64,000 nt of DNA from Lingula anatina (taxonomy: Eukaryota; Animalia; Brachiopoda): positions 33,170,001 through 33,234,000 of the forward strand of contig CM120642.1 in the NCBI GenBank assembly GCA_051362555.1, in the 5' to 3' direction. The notes below the pieces were generated by a model that made no database searches, was not told the DNA's origin, and saw nothing but the letters and a program-made list of their open reading frames with translations. This document shows, in pieces, positions 51,442 to 64,000 of the stretch. Every line of letters begins with the position of its first letter. Position 1 is the first letter of the stretch. The position numbers and the translations under genes were made by a program.

Positions 51442-52088
51442 TGACGTCAGATCGTAAAAGCCCACATCGTCTTTAATTTCCTGGTTAACAGCGCACAAGC
51501 GTACAGTGGACTTTACATATTTACACGCTAGCGCAAAGCGGTAGGTAGGAAGATCGCCAATGCAAGCAATAGTTGGAAACGCTTCATTCTATTCCAGAGA
51601 AAAGCGAAATAGATACGCTCGATCCAGAAAAGTCATACACGGATTCATACTTTACTGACAGATTCGCCTACAGCTCAACAGTGTTATCGTAGGACTCGAG
51701 GACTTCTTTTATTCAGTTGTTGGTCGGAGTTGTTCACACAGCAGACGTAAGTATCAGTTAGATATATATCTTTAATTTGCGTAAGGGGGTCCTTGGTGAT
51801 CCCAATTAACATTGTCATTAGACTAAAATGAAGCTTATGTGGCATTAGTTATGACGCGTGTGTACTTTTCCTAATGAAGCATAGGTACCTTTCCAAATGA
51901 AGTGACGGTCTAATTTACAGTCGCGAGATGACCGAGAAGTTCATTATTCTGTTTATTTCTTGCAGTAGACGGTTTAAGTGGTTGCATTGAGTTGGCTACA
52001 TTGGTCAGTAATACGTGTGGCATTTTTCAGTAAATATGTGTGCAACTACATCTGTGACAGAAGGTGTTCTTTAACGTCTTTAAAGCAG
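51442..52088 (+). promoter_or_regulatory. Candidate promoter and non-coding first exons (probably the GPCR 5' UTR)
   Basis: CRE TGACGTCA at 51442-49 in a CpG-rich tract; donor AC|gtaagt at 51747; exon 51966-52088 bounded by ttctgtttatttcttgcag and CAG|gtgagt. Assignment to the GPCR is inference. Confidence 0.4.
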
Positions 52089-52204
52089 GTGAGTGGATTT
52101 TTGGGGTGACACATCTGCTTTCCGTTGGCTCAATAGTGTATATATACATGTAAATGCTAAGTATATGTACAAGTGTCCCTGCATGATAACTTATACATTA
52201 TTTA

Positions 52205-52334
52205 CACCCTCTACCAGGGCGACAGATTGATTTTTCAAAGATATTCAAAAATATGTCTTTAGATAAATAGACAGTCATTTTTTTCTCTGCCTTTTTGAAC
52301 ATTTGACTTTAATATCTGCCGCCCTGGTACGGGG
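52205..52334. mobile_element. Short MITE with 11-bp flanking direct repeat (MULE-like)
   Basis: CCCTCTACCAGGGCGACAGAT ... ATCTGCCGCCCTGGTACGGGG flanked on both sides by TACATTATTTA (52194-204, 52335-45). Confidence 0.7.
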
Positions 52335-54436
52335 TACATTATTTAAGAATCAGTAGCAGATTATGGGCAGTTTATCCATTTGTAATGAACTGTATCAACT
52401 ATAATATGATTATTTGTGAGATGATATACGATGCCGTTTGTGGTACAACATTACCGATTGGTTTTTAGTATTGATGAATTATGAGGAGTATTGTAATGAG
52501 TAACAATGTGTATTTCATCCGAATTCAATAATTCAGTCAGTTAATTCAGTCAGTACAGTCAATAATTAAAGAAGGTAGGCGATTATTTATCTTTAAAAAA
52601 ACAGGTTGTGTGATTGATACCCTTTATGCATGCCGAGCTGTGATCATTAAAACTTCATTAGCTGTTATCAAATTACGAGATTTGAAATCTAATAATCATG
52701 AAATCAAATAATGGCAAGAGACGAAGATATATATCTCCGGAAGAACGTGATTTCAAAAAAAAAAAAAAAAAAAAAAAAACAGACAGTCGTCTGGAGACAC
52801 GTTTGGATAAAGTGTTTTGAGCCAAGGACTAAAACGATACGTCTGGATGGAATGTTTTGCTCGAGGAAGCCTTGCAGCACTTCGTCGTAGTTGCAATGAC
52901 GTCGCATCTGAACGAAAGAAAAAACAACAATCAAAAAGAAACTGCTTGCAGAAACCATGGCGTATAAACGCTTATCGTATAAACACTAATCTTTTCAATG
53001 TTTACAAACTGACATTTCATATCTGCCCTTCTTATATGTCTGATGACAAAATATTTTTATTAAAGAAGAAATATTTACATAAAGGCTAACATGTAGAGAA
53101 AAATTGCGTTGCAAGTAAACGTAACGTTTGATTCCATTATTGTGCTTAATAGGTTTAAATAGCAAAATTGAAAATCTACTGGAAATGTCAACACTCCATC
53201 TTCATGGCCAAGTATCAAAGCAGTTTATAAATAAAAATCACGATCTAAATATGATACACTTCGAAATTGTCATCATGAGATCATCGATATCGTCATGAAG
53301 GTGGGTACTGGTAAGTTGAACTTGTGATGCTAGGCCTATAAATTAAAAAAACTAAAAGCTCAAAACCTCAAAATAAAAATGGTTTGTTGATCGGAATTTT
53401 CTCGACGGTTTTGGATAGAGTATAATTGGGTGATCGAAAATAAATGTCTGAAATTTTCAAGATGATTTTTTTGCCAAAGATCTTACTCACATTGTTTTAA
53501 GCAAAGATGTGATCAGTTTGACTTTTAAATTTTCCATTTTGTCTTTTATTTTCTACGGAAAGACCAGCATGTGTTATATACTTTAAGAAATCAACTACGT
53601 TTCCTGACCAATTGACCCACATATATATATTAATTGTCTTTAGGGACGAATATCACCCGGGATATTATGAAGATTCGAATTAGAAACCCGTTCTGCTGCT
53701 GAATGTACTCTAAACGGTCAATCAATATCAGAACTCGGATGTTCAATAAACACCATGGAATAATCATTTTGCAACCTGCTAAGTCCAGCTATTACAAAAC
53801 CATTACATGCACGTGTTACATAATGTAGTTTTATAGATTAAAAATGAAACATTCTTTTAATCCGCTGGGGGAAGGGGTTCGATGGCGGATTTAGGGGGAG
53901 ATGTCGGGGGGGGGATCCTGACACCCCCTTCGATTACTGAAAAAAAATCACACCAATGTTCCCTTTTTGTAATTAGAATGGTACCGCCCCCCCCCCCCCT
54001 TGCAAATAGTCCTAGATTCGCCCTGGGGCTATACGGCTTCATTTTAACCACCTATTAACCTGGCACACACTGAAACATAAATCCACCGGTGGTAAACGCC
54101 GCCGTTAGCTGTAGAAAAGACATTTCAAGCTGTCCGGCTGTCTGGTCCGTTAACGTTAAAAATAGTGTTGGAAAATCAATTACACATTTAAAAAAGGTTA
54201 ATGAATTCAGCTGTCATTGCCCTGAGTATTGAAAGTTGATACGTATGACGCGTGCCAGCTGCCATCGGAAATAGAAAATGAAACAGCAGATAATTTGTTT
54301 GATGTCGTTCAACATTTGGCCAATAGTTAACTTCGTTCAAATGTGTCTGTTAGGATGATGCCAGTTTTATTACAGAAAAAGTGAAAGAAAGAAACGAGGA
54401 TTTCAAGGGTATTCTTTTGAGCATTAAAGCCACTAA

Positions 54437-54693
54437 GACTGCGTTCACATGAAAAATCTATTTTCTAAAGATTTTAAAAATCTATTTGCGGTATCTTGTG
54501 ATCACGGTCTGTGCCCTGAATACCCCGCGGCGTAATTACGGGCAGTGCCGAGAATTAATTACAGCTTTGGAAGTAACTGGCTCGCGCTGCCCGTAATTAC
54601 GCCGTGGGTATTCAGGGCACAGACCGTGATCACAAGATACCGCAAATAGATTTTTAGATTTTTAGAAAATAGATTTTTCATGTGAACGCAGCC
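54437..54693. mobile_element. Foldback MITE (family B, PIF/Harbinger-like), TAA TSD
   Basis: GACTGCGTTCACATGAAAAATCTA ... TAGATTTTTCATGTGAACGCAGCC, arms of about 105 bp, TAA on both sides. Confidence 0.9.
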
Positions 54694-55147
54694 TAAAGCT
54701 TGACTCACTCTGACTGGTTTGCCTGGTATCGGCATACATTTTCATGTAGATCGAAAAACCTTTTCCCGAGCTAGTGCATAGTTTGATCTCGGTGGTATAT
54801 TGACGAAACGGCAGTGGCTTGGTTGTAAACAAGGTATTGTTTAACCTTAAGTGACATAATTACAACAATTTGAACGGAATTGTGCAGATTTGGAAGAGTC
54901 TTGGACATTTTTGCTAGATTCTGTTTGCTTTAGAATTCATTGGTTTCTGTCCACTTTAGCTTCTGCAATCCTAGAAAATATAACATTAAATTTATTGCAT
55001 GTTTTTTTTTAACTTTTCCACATGTACATGTAGTTTCACTGCAGAAAAGACGCATAGCGTTCAAAATATTTTCAGGCTCCCCAGTCCCTTTATAATCCAC
55101 CATGTTGTTATTTATTCAGTTTACGAACATTTATTCAACATGAGAGG

Positions 55148-55558
55148 GCACACGATGGAACGAAAATATACACTAAGAGAAGTTATTATCATATGATATA
55201 GAAGCCGTACATGCGATTTTCCTTTTATCTTGTGCTCGCTATACTATCACATTTCATTCTCAACAAACCTAATACGGATTCAGTCGGGTGGCTTGTTCAA
55301 ATATAGTCAAAGAGAGGATAGAAAATAAATTTGTCTGATTGTTTTCCACACTAATTGCACACGATGGAACGAAAATATTTAAAATACACTAAGGGAAGTT
55401 ATTACAATATGATACAGAAGTCGTATAGGTGATGGCCCTTTCATCTCACACTCGCTATACTATCACATTTCGTTTCCAACAAACCTAATACAGATTCAGT
55501 CGGATGGCTTGCTCAAATATAGTCAAAGAGAGGATAGAATAGAAATCTGTCTGTTTGC
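55148..55558. repeat. About 210-bp diverged tandem duplication
   Basis: GCACACGATGGAACGAAAATAT...CTCGCTATACTATCACATTTC...CAAATATAGTCAAAGAGAGGATAGAA occurs at about 55148 and about 55357. Confidence 0.85.
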
Positions 55559-57613
55559 ATTAGGTATTGTAATTTCCTTACAGACACAGTAAAAGTAAAG
55601 GATATCCATAAATACCCCGATAGTACATCTCATCAGAATGTGATGCAATGTGTAGTTGGACGTTACATTAAACCAATTTGGATGAAAGTCATTGACAGGT
55701 CAAGGATACCCGTTTTGATATGTTTCTACGTTTGAGATGTCGTTATAACAGGATTATTGGGAGTTTTTCTATCCCTGTTGCGTTAGCCATTAATTCTTCT
55801 TATATTTCAATACTCACGCTGAGTTAAAATCGAAATCAAATTCCTCGCAGAGGAAGGAAGGAGCAGGACATCACGTGGTCCAGCAAAGCCATCCCGCTAG
55901 CTCTCTGACTGTGCGAGAGCGAGCTCCTGCCAATGTGACTTATGAAATTGTAATTTTATATTCAAGTATTCATAAGCATCTTAGTGTAGATAATCGGGTT
56001 AGTTATCCACTCCGACAATAACTTTCCCTCGAGAAATAAAAGATAATTCTGAAGGCTAGGGTTATGTAAAATGACATTTCATTTGGTGCAGATATTTCCA
56101 TAGTTTTAGCACCCTGTATTTGCATCTCAAGTTGCATTTCTCCTATTTTATGAATAGAATTTAGTAATCCTGATGATAGATGTTTTACACGGAGTGAAAA
56201 CGGTTTAGGATCCAGGATTATTTGAAAGGAGGTTCCGGAACGACAAGCCTCGGATGCGGAGCCGACCATGCCCCCTTAGCTCGAGGTTCGGGGCCTTTGG
56301 TACGTTTTAGAACTATGATTCACTTATGATTCAGCTAGTCAAAATTCTAATTTCAAGAGGGGAATATTGGGGTGATATATTTTTCAGAAAACGATGGGGG
56401 GTTCAGGACCCCCCTGACCCCCCCCCCCCTTTATCCGCCACTGATATCATTTACCTGGATTGAGCGGAGTGAAGATAAAGTCCGAATGTTTAAATCTGAA
56501 CTACGATAGGATGGCGATCAATAAGGACGATGACGATAGCATTTAGTAAATTTTTGAATAAAAGAGTCCCAGCGGTGATCTGTTCGCCTCACATAAAGAC
56601 AGGTTTCCAAGAGGTTGTAAGGTTCGATTTTAGGTTCACAGATCGAGAAGAAGTGAGCAACAAGAGTCGTGGATTTCCAAACAGCTTTATTCCCACTACC
56701 TAACTTGTTCTCTCTACCCACCACCTGTTCTATTTATATGTACCTTAATGTCTCATTATAATAATACTTTATAATAAATCTTACTAGGCGCGGGCGCCGC
56801 GACATCCTATAGTCTAGGCGCGGGCGCCGCGACATCCTAGGGGCGTGGGACATGCTAAGGGGCGCCACCGCGTCCCTTACAAGGTAAAAAACCGAGTCTG
56901 ACGCCGCTTCCCGGAGAACTAAGGCGTGTTTCACAAAAAGTATTTTAACCCAAAATTTTGTCTAAACATGTAGACGAAATCAGTCTAAATCAGTAGTCGT
57001 CTAGATGGAGTATTGTTCCTACTTTTATTAAATAATATTTAAAAAATTGCCTCAAGCTGAAGCCCACTTGTCTCATTTAATAGGATTACTGTGCATTTTT
57101 TAATCTTAGGCAGAGGTAAACCATGTTTATGTTCTATGAGTTAAAAAAAACAATTCTCGGATTAATGTTCTGTTGTGATCTCGACCCCTGATATATCTGT
57201 AAGCTGTTATATCACGCAAGAAAGAAAGGTGTAAGATAAAGGACCTCATTTTTTTAGAATAGATTGGTTTTATACCGACATTATAGGTCCCATATTTATT
57301 GGAGTCGTCAACAAATTAAAAGGCATGGTGATTCTAATTACGAACAAGTGACGTTCCGTAAGTTGTTTAATAGTCCCACACAAACAAGCCACAGTTTGCA
57401 TTTTTTTCCGCGTCGGAAATCAACGCTTCCCATTTGCACCATAGTGCGACAAGAACTATGCACGAAATACCACATTCTTCCTAGAAAAGAAATTCTACTG
57501 GTTTCAGATTCAGATTGTGTCTAGTTTTAGGGCACAGTAACAAATCAATATTTGCACCGTCCGCAGCGTGCCTTGCCGCGTGCGCATATACAAAGAATCA
57601 TTGGATAAGCTAA

Positions 57614-57780
57614 GGTCGCATTCAGGGCAGTGGACTAACTAGTACGAGGGTCAAATATGGCCGACCCGCTCGAATACATCCCCGCGGGGAATCAATTCAG
57701 TGTCTATTCGCCGACAAGGTTAATTATGGGTCGCCATATTTGACCCTCAGACTAGTTAGTCCAGTGTTCTGAATGCGGCC
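57614..57780. mobile_element. Foldback MITE (family B, PIF/Harbinger-like), TAA TSD
   Basis: GGTCGCATTCAGGGCAGTGGACTAACTAGT...GAGGGTCAAATATGGC matches GCCATATTTGACCCTC...ACTAGTTAGTCCAGTGTTCTGAATGCGGCC; TAA on both sides. Confidence 0.85.
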
Positions 57781-58553
57781 TAAATTTACAATTCCGTATT
57801 ATCCCTGCCTTTAATTATCGTCTCACAACTCATTTCACACAACTGATCTCGCTGACTAGGCTACTGCCTTGTAGAACTGCTAGCTATTATGTTTTGGATT
57901 AGATTTTGAGTATTTCTTTCAGTTCGGCCAAACCCCAACGTAATTTTTTAACCAGGCATGTTGTTTTCTACATACGGTACAAAACATTTATTGCTAAAGA
58001 TGTTGCTTATTTGAAATAATTGACCTAATCACAGAAAAAAAAAACTATCTTGGTCTGCACTGAAAATGATTACCAGGGTTTAAAGCACCGGTAACCCTTT
58101 GTTTTTTTCATTTTCCTGCGTGCATTGACTTTAATTTGAGAGTTGTGACAAACCCGGTTAGCGCGTTGATTAACAAGATCGAGTCGACATTTGTCCGCAG
58201 TAAGCAAGGCGTTGGGAAGAAGATAATTCCCTGGGGTAATTTCTTGGGCATTCAGAACATTTAGAACATTTCTCATTAAGGCAAATTGAGCGTACAAGTC
58301 GTCACATTAACAATCGACGCACCTAACCTTTCTCAACTGTTTTAAAGCTGCATATTGAGCGAGCACTTTCGTCGAATCATTGCAGATAAACCCGACAGGG
58401 TTACATGGAATAGGATAATCTAAAAAATCGAGACATTATTTTCTTGCTATTTTTCTGTACATTAAAATTTAAAATTTAAGGGCAGAATTTTAGAGGCTCT
58501 ACAGGTCTAAAACCTTTGCTTCTGCTACCCGTGATATTTAACTTGATTTTCAT

Positions 58554-58592
<39 letters not shown>

Positions 58593-59289
58593 TTTGTGAG
58601 AAACTGAAACCAACGATTAACGTATGTTACAGGGCATTAGTCTCTCTTCTCCTATATTTAGATGTTCTATTTAAGAAGCAACTGGATGGATGCGGCCACT
58701 AAAGATTCACGGACAATGTGGAAACAGTTCTCATTTCCTTAATAATACGATATTTTTCCTGTCTTTGATGAATAATTTGGTTTCTATACACTTAGTTATC
58801 TGGGAGTAACATAGGGGCTATTATGTGCGGGTATATACGGATAAAGAGTTTTCGCAAGTAGCGGTGTACGTTACTCGGATCAGTCTCCTACAAGTTAATC
58901 CCGGATGTAGGCAAACAGGTAATAACGTTAACAAAAATGGTCACAGCTGGGAATATAAATCAATTTTAGAAGCAGTCGAAAAAAGGGGAAATTACGGAGA
59001 TAACATTTCATCGAATGCATTTGTTCCCGACCACTTCGACCTTTGGTGATCTTTGACGCAATTTCACTGACCATGTATAATCAATTCAGATCACTGAAAT
59101 TGAAAATCGTCACCACTGACATTTAACTACCTTTATATTTGCATTTCCTGTGGTCAGTTACTAAAACGGTGCTAAACAGAAAACTGCACGATGTTAAAAG
59201 GGGTTTAATCAGCCAGTACACATGCTTTTCTCCGATCACGTTAAGTCGGATTAAGCATAAAACAAGGTGTAACTCAACCTTTTACAGGA

Positions 59290-59463
59290 CCGTTGTGACA
59301 GGAATGGTAGTCTTAGGGATGGAAGGCCGGGGTCCCATATGATCAGTACAGGTTGTAGGGTTAGTTGGAGTATTGGGGTTAGTAAATGGGACGAATGTCA
59401 CCCGTGGCATGTAATGCGGAACGGACTGCGGTTCCTAGCGGACTACTATTCCTGTTACACCGG
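59290..59463. mobile_element. Degenerate TIR element with internal GGGTTAG motifs
   Basis: CCGTTGTGACAGGAATGGTAGTC matches the reverse complement of the right end, CCGGTGTAACAGGAATAGTAGTC. Confidence 0.6.
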
Positions 59464-62400
59464 GTTTAAAGAAAAGTTTAAAAAGCCTGTACTCAGCAAT
59501 TTTCATAGAGGCTCTTTTTTTGGGGGGGGGGGGGGGGGCGAACTTTTCTATCTCCTTAGTTGACACGCCTTCAAAAACCAAGACAACAGATGGTTCCGAC
59601 GCCCACAGACCTGAAAATTGATTTAAAGTCAGTAAAAAATTTACACCTCGAGAAACGAAAACACGCTAACAGAGTTTTGGTTAATTTTATCAGCGAATGA
59701 CATAAAAAAAATACTTCCTTGAACATAATCCATGTAAGACTTCCCTGTTACGCCACTAGGCAACTCTATTTCTAAATTAAACATAGCGTAACCTTCCTGA
59801 ACTCGACACAAAATGCAAACAAAACTGCACCAGACAGCCAGAAATTGATTACCTGATCTTTAGGAGGTTGGTTATTTAAATCCCCAGGAGAAAACACAAC
59901 TCCAAATTGCTCTAAATCTAATTCTATCCATCAAGTCTGATTTTAGCCGTGATAGGAAGGGCGATTACTCTATAAATAACTGGTAATACATGTTCATGTA
60001 TAGTTCAAAGGTTTAAAATAAAAGTCATAGGCATAAGTATAAGTATACAGAATTAAGTTGGAAAGGGACAATCACATTTTACTCTATGTATATATAGAAT
60101 CTATATAAAAACACTTTTCACTTTGACAGATGTTTCAGTGATACTGATATAAGTAACCTTGGTACCAAACTGTCAAGTTCTTTTTACAAGAAATAAGTCT
60201 AACAAATGTCGACTTCTGGCGAAATAATTGCTGTGAATAGTGCAAAAATACGTTCTCCGTTTGGTGACAGTTTTGCCGTTATTTCCTCTAACGCTCTGTG
60301 GCTAAACTGCACATTAACACCATTATTGACTACAAGTCACTGGAGTTCATCAGGTATGAAAATGTCTATTTCATCTGATGACTTTCTATGCTAATTTATT
60401 ACCGAATATACCGGTCCATGACTTTGAAGGAACAGTGTAACAACCTTGCACTAACGCGTGAACTGTAATGAAAATTCGCACGTTTTATCAAACGAAACAA
60501 TAAGAATTATTGTCCAATGATAAGAGCGCGACAAGTGCACTTGACCCGCGGTGTCCAGATTCATTTATTCTCAATATGGTATTCCAGCCAAATAATTATA
60601 TTATATTGTATGGTGTACCATATCCAAGAACCGCTAGCTTGCAATAGGCAATGGATGTATTACATGTAGGAATAAGGTACCGAATGCGTCGGGGGAGACG
60701 GGCGCAGTGACGCGTTTCCTTTCATTGATTTCAGTAAAATAAATCGAATTACCGAACACGTTGCAGTTGCGTTGATTCACCTTGATACAGGCAGTGTAAT
60801 CAGAACCATGGAGCTCGTATTGGAAGCAGCTGTACCCACAGCTTCTTTTGCTTGTTGGTCCTTTGCTAGATAATCACGCAAGGAAAGAAAAGTGTACAAC
60901 AGTGTTTTTATGTAATGCATGCCTTTTTTTTAAATCCTCCTCTTGAAATTCCAGAACGTCATGCACTGAGTGGACCAATGTATGTGGTTTGGAGTCTAGC
61001 CTTGATACCACACTGACAATTTTCCCCATCGTGTTTGAAGGTAAGTCAAGTGCTCATTGCAATGTGATTAGCGTCCTGTAGAGACAGTTTATTGCGTTAG
61101 ATCTACGTGCTTTAGGATGACAGATAAATGGACGTTGTTATCACTGTGAAATCGACAACTCACCTACGACGTGCTCGGTTTATAAAACTCTTTATTTCAT
61201 GTTCTCTTTTCATCTTTCCATATTTCTATGTCTTGATTTTTAATCGTTCTCCTCGTATTTCATTACATCAGTCTCGCGGTTCACTCACATCTCTTTTGAT
61301 CTGTTTCTCTCATTTGTTTCTTTTTAACTAAATGCTTAGGATTAACTCACTTTGAAATGGATCGATGAGTTGGCCTTGCCTTCCGCTTGTTTCGATCCAG
61401 GTAACCCTCCACTGAACATAAATTAAAGGCTATATAAACAGAGTTTAATCAAGTTTGGTCCCCCTATAGAACCCGTACTTAAAACGACAGAAGCAGATAC
61501 GTGCATAGAATTCTTAATTGAAAAGTGCACTTAGATTCACTTAGTCACGGCGCGATCATACGGCGTCGATACTAAGGGTTACCTGTGATCCCAATTAATT
61601 TCCGTACGTTATGACTTAATCATTATTTCCCCCTTTTTTCGTTTTTACATAAACAGGCTACTGCCCACTCGTGGATATTTTTAAAAACAGCATCCGGAAC
61701 TGAAGCAAAGAACGCTGGTTATTCAGTAATCTTGCGCTGGCATTAATGCAGAAGTAACATTCCCGTCCATCTGAATGCCAGAGCTGATCGACGCTGATTA
61801 TAAATATCTTTAGCCTTCACACATCGGTATAGATCGTAGATTGTTCAGATGAACTAGGACACTTAGATATGTACGAACTGGCTGCAGCGCGGTCTAGAGG
61901 CGGTCTAGAAGGTAAGAAATATAGGTGATCGCTAACAATGGACAATAACTCAATTAAGATGCAAAGACGAAAAACTGCATTTTTATTTTTGTGATTTGAT
62001 GTTAGGGGATTTACACAAAGCGTTAAGTAAGAAGGAAAATTCACTCATTAGATATTTATTCAGCAACTGCAGTAAAATAGCATTTTTTATTTTCGTTTCT
62101 TTACAGACGCCAAACTGTTATGCAAGCTTTAACCTTGGGTTTTAACCAAGACGGCATTTGCAGTTCGTGGAAAACCGTGATTGGATAAGCAGTAGCCAGG
62201 CTGCCTTTTACTTCAGTAAAGTTGTTACAAACCTGGCATCTGAAACCCCACGAAACACGACGGATTAATGTAATCAAGCGGTAGTCGTTACCTAACTCCA
62301 TGTTCGCGAGCTAAATATACACCGGTAAACTTACTGCTTTTCAATTCTCACAATTATTCACAAGAGTTTACAGATTACCTGCTCCGAAACGCTGTGGTGA

Positions 62401-62617
62401 CCCTCGCTTCATCGGAACACGAAGACTTACATTTGGATTTTGCTTGTGACCGAGCCCATCTCTAGGAAAAGTGCCCTGCGGATGACGATGACGGTTATTG
62501 CTGCAGTCTATATAAACCTGCAGAGAGTGATTCTCACCACAGTCATCACTGCCCCAGTGCCATGTTCTTCTTTAACGCGATACTCCTGAGTAGGAATTGA
62601 ACTCCTATTATATAAGA

Positions 62618-63832
62618 ATGGAACGCAGCATACACCGCTGGAGCGACATAGAGGAAAACTGTAGCGTCGTGAGTGACTTCAAGGGTGTTGGTAACACCCC
62701 GGGGGGACCCCAGGCCCACTTCTATAGCTTCATCATGCACGTGTGCGTCACAGGATTTCTGTGCGTCTTCGGGCTCGTAGGCAACTTTCTGTCGCTCATC
62801 GTTTTCTTCAAGTACAAAGCCCGGTCCTTGACATTCTACCTCTTGCGTCCACTAGCCATAGCAGACAACGTGCTTCTGCTTATGACGATAGCGCTAATGG
62901 TGCTCCCGGCCGTGTACCCCTATTTACGGGTGTTGGAGTGGCCCTCGAAAGAAGAACCGAGAATAGCCGACTGGGCTTGGCCCATAGGAATGGCCGCCCA
63001 GACTGCCTCCATCTGGTCCATCGTCCTGGTCGCCATGGACAGGTTCATCGCAATATGTCAGCCTTTCAAAGCCAGGAAATTCAGGCGCCTCAGCTCAATC
63101 AAGATAAGTATTGGTGCTGTTGTCATATTTTCCGTTTTCTTCAACATTCCACGCTTATTTGAGAAACGCTCAGTGGTCTACTTTAACGCGTGCACCAACT
63201 CCACGGAGACAGGGTACAGAAAACTTATTCTAAAGTACCCGGGATATCGCTTCGGATATTTTGTGGTGGCATACACTTTGATCGATATAATAATTCCTTT
63301 GGCGATCCTGTCCTATGTGAACACGCGTCTGATAATGGAGCTACGGCGAGGGGCAAAGCGACGGAGTCTTAAATGTCAAAATATTCAAAGAGAAGATAAA
63401 ACAATGACAAAGTTATCCGTCGTCATTGTAACAGTTTTTACAATCTGCCAACCGCCGTCTTTGGTGACACAAGTATTGGACGCCGCGGAGGACCATCTTG
63501 ACGCCAATATGATGGTGTTTAGACAATATTATGTGCCCTTTTCGAACGTGATGGTCGTCCTGAATTCTTCGGTGAATTTTGCGGTTTGTTATATTTTCTG
63601 TCGCGGATTCAGACGCTCGTTGGCCAAGTTATTGACTTGTGGGAGATCAGCGGACGAGGAGCCAGACGCTAACAGGAACAACTACAGCTCCGAGTATTGG
63701 ACCAGGGAAATGTTGGCACAGAAGTGCGACCATGGAGTAGCCATGCCTTTATGTAACCGAGCCAAAAGTCACTCCAACTGTGCGTGTACTGATATATGTT
63801 TTATTGATGAGAATGACATAACAAAGGTTTAA
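62618..63832 (+). CDS. Class A (rhodopsin-like) peptide GPCR, FMRFamide-receptor-like group, 404 aa, intronless CDS
   Basis: Seven hydrophobic segments with GLVGN (TM1), LAIAD (TM2), MDRF (TM3), FNIPRLFE (TM4/ECL2), CQPP (TM6), NSSVNF (TM7) and FRR helix 8. The track start at 62597 is TTG; the first in-frame ATG, at 62618, has a strong context (agaATGg). The ligand is unknown. Confidence 0.93.
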   Translation: MERSIHRWSDIEENCSVVSDFKGVGNTPGGPQAHFYSFIMHVCVTGFLCVFGLVGNFLSLIVFFKYKARSLTFYLLRPLAIADNVLLLMTIALMVLPAVYPYLRVLEWPSKEEPRIADWAWPIGMAAQTASIWSIVLVAMDRFIAICQPFKARKFRRLSSIKISIGAVVIFSVFFNIPRLFEKRSVVYFNACTNSTETGYRKLILKYPGYRFGYFVVAYTLIDIIIPLAILSYVNTRLIMELRRGAKRRSLKCQNIQREDKTMTKLSVVIVTVFTICQPPSLVTQVLDAAEDHLDANMMVFRQYYVPFSNVMVVLNSSVNFAVCYIFCRGFRRSLAKLLTCGRSADEEPDANRNNYSSEYWTREMLAQKCDHGVAMPLCNRAKSHSNCACTDICFIDENDITKV

Positions 63833-64000
63833 GGACCAGGTTCTATCTTTTTTGTTTATTTTTACGGTAACATTAAGAGCAAAAATAACAACTTTGTTCA
63901 TAAGAAAAGTTATAACTCGCACACTGTAAAAGTCAGTTTTGCAAACAAGATTGACTTGGGAACTTTAGTCGTGCTTGCCATAGTCGGAATGAGTGAGAAT

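Noticed and set aside
62546-63372. Alternative-frame and antisense ORFs overlapping the GPCR
   Set aside because: They are shadow ORFs of a GC-rich CDS with no recognisable motifs.

Overview
This is AT-rich, intron- and microsatellite-rich animal DNA, most likely from a lophotrochozoan such as a mollusc (inferred from the gene families and patchy CpG depletion); there are no prokaryotic features. Genes found: (1) the first three coding exons of a myristoylated neuronal calcium sensor (NCS-1/frequenin-like) on the minus strand, which the ORF track misses; (2) three genes with intronless CDSs for related uncharacterised basic proteins with R-L-x-x-P-T-x-x-S motifs (404-1234 -, 29641-30303 -, 33162-33680 +); (3) a spliced FAM166/CIMIP2-type ciliary microtubule inner protein gene on the minus strand; (4) an intronless-CDS FMRFamide-receptor-like class A GPCR (62618-63832 +). 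Mobile DNA includes a deleted Tc1/mariner, a 3.5 kb Academ-like element, two Helentron-type HINEs, many palindromic PIF/Harbinger-type MITEs and an RTE LINE remnant. The most unusual feature is the 37-bp minisatellite at about 11.9-12.5 kb. It is a tandem amplification of the NCS exon-3/5' splice-site junction, giving 15 identical GAG|GTAGGT donors of which only the first is productive. Also notable are a candidate RFX (X-box)-driven cilia/flagella gene neighbourhood and two independent HINE insertions into the arms of one MITE family. All calls were made by eye, with no database search.
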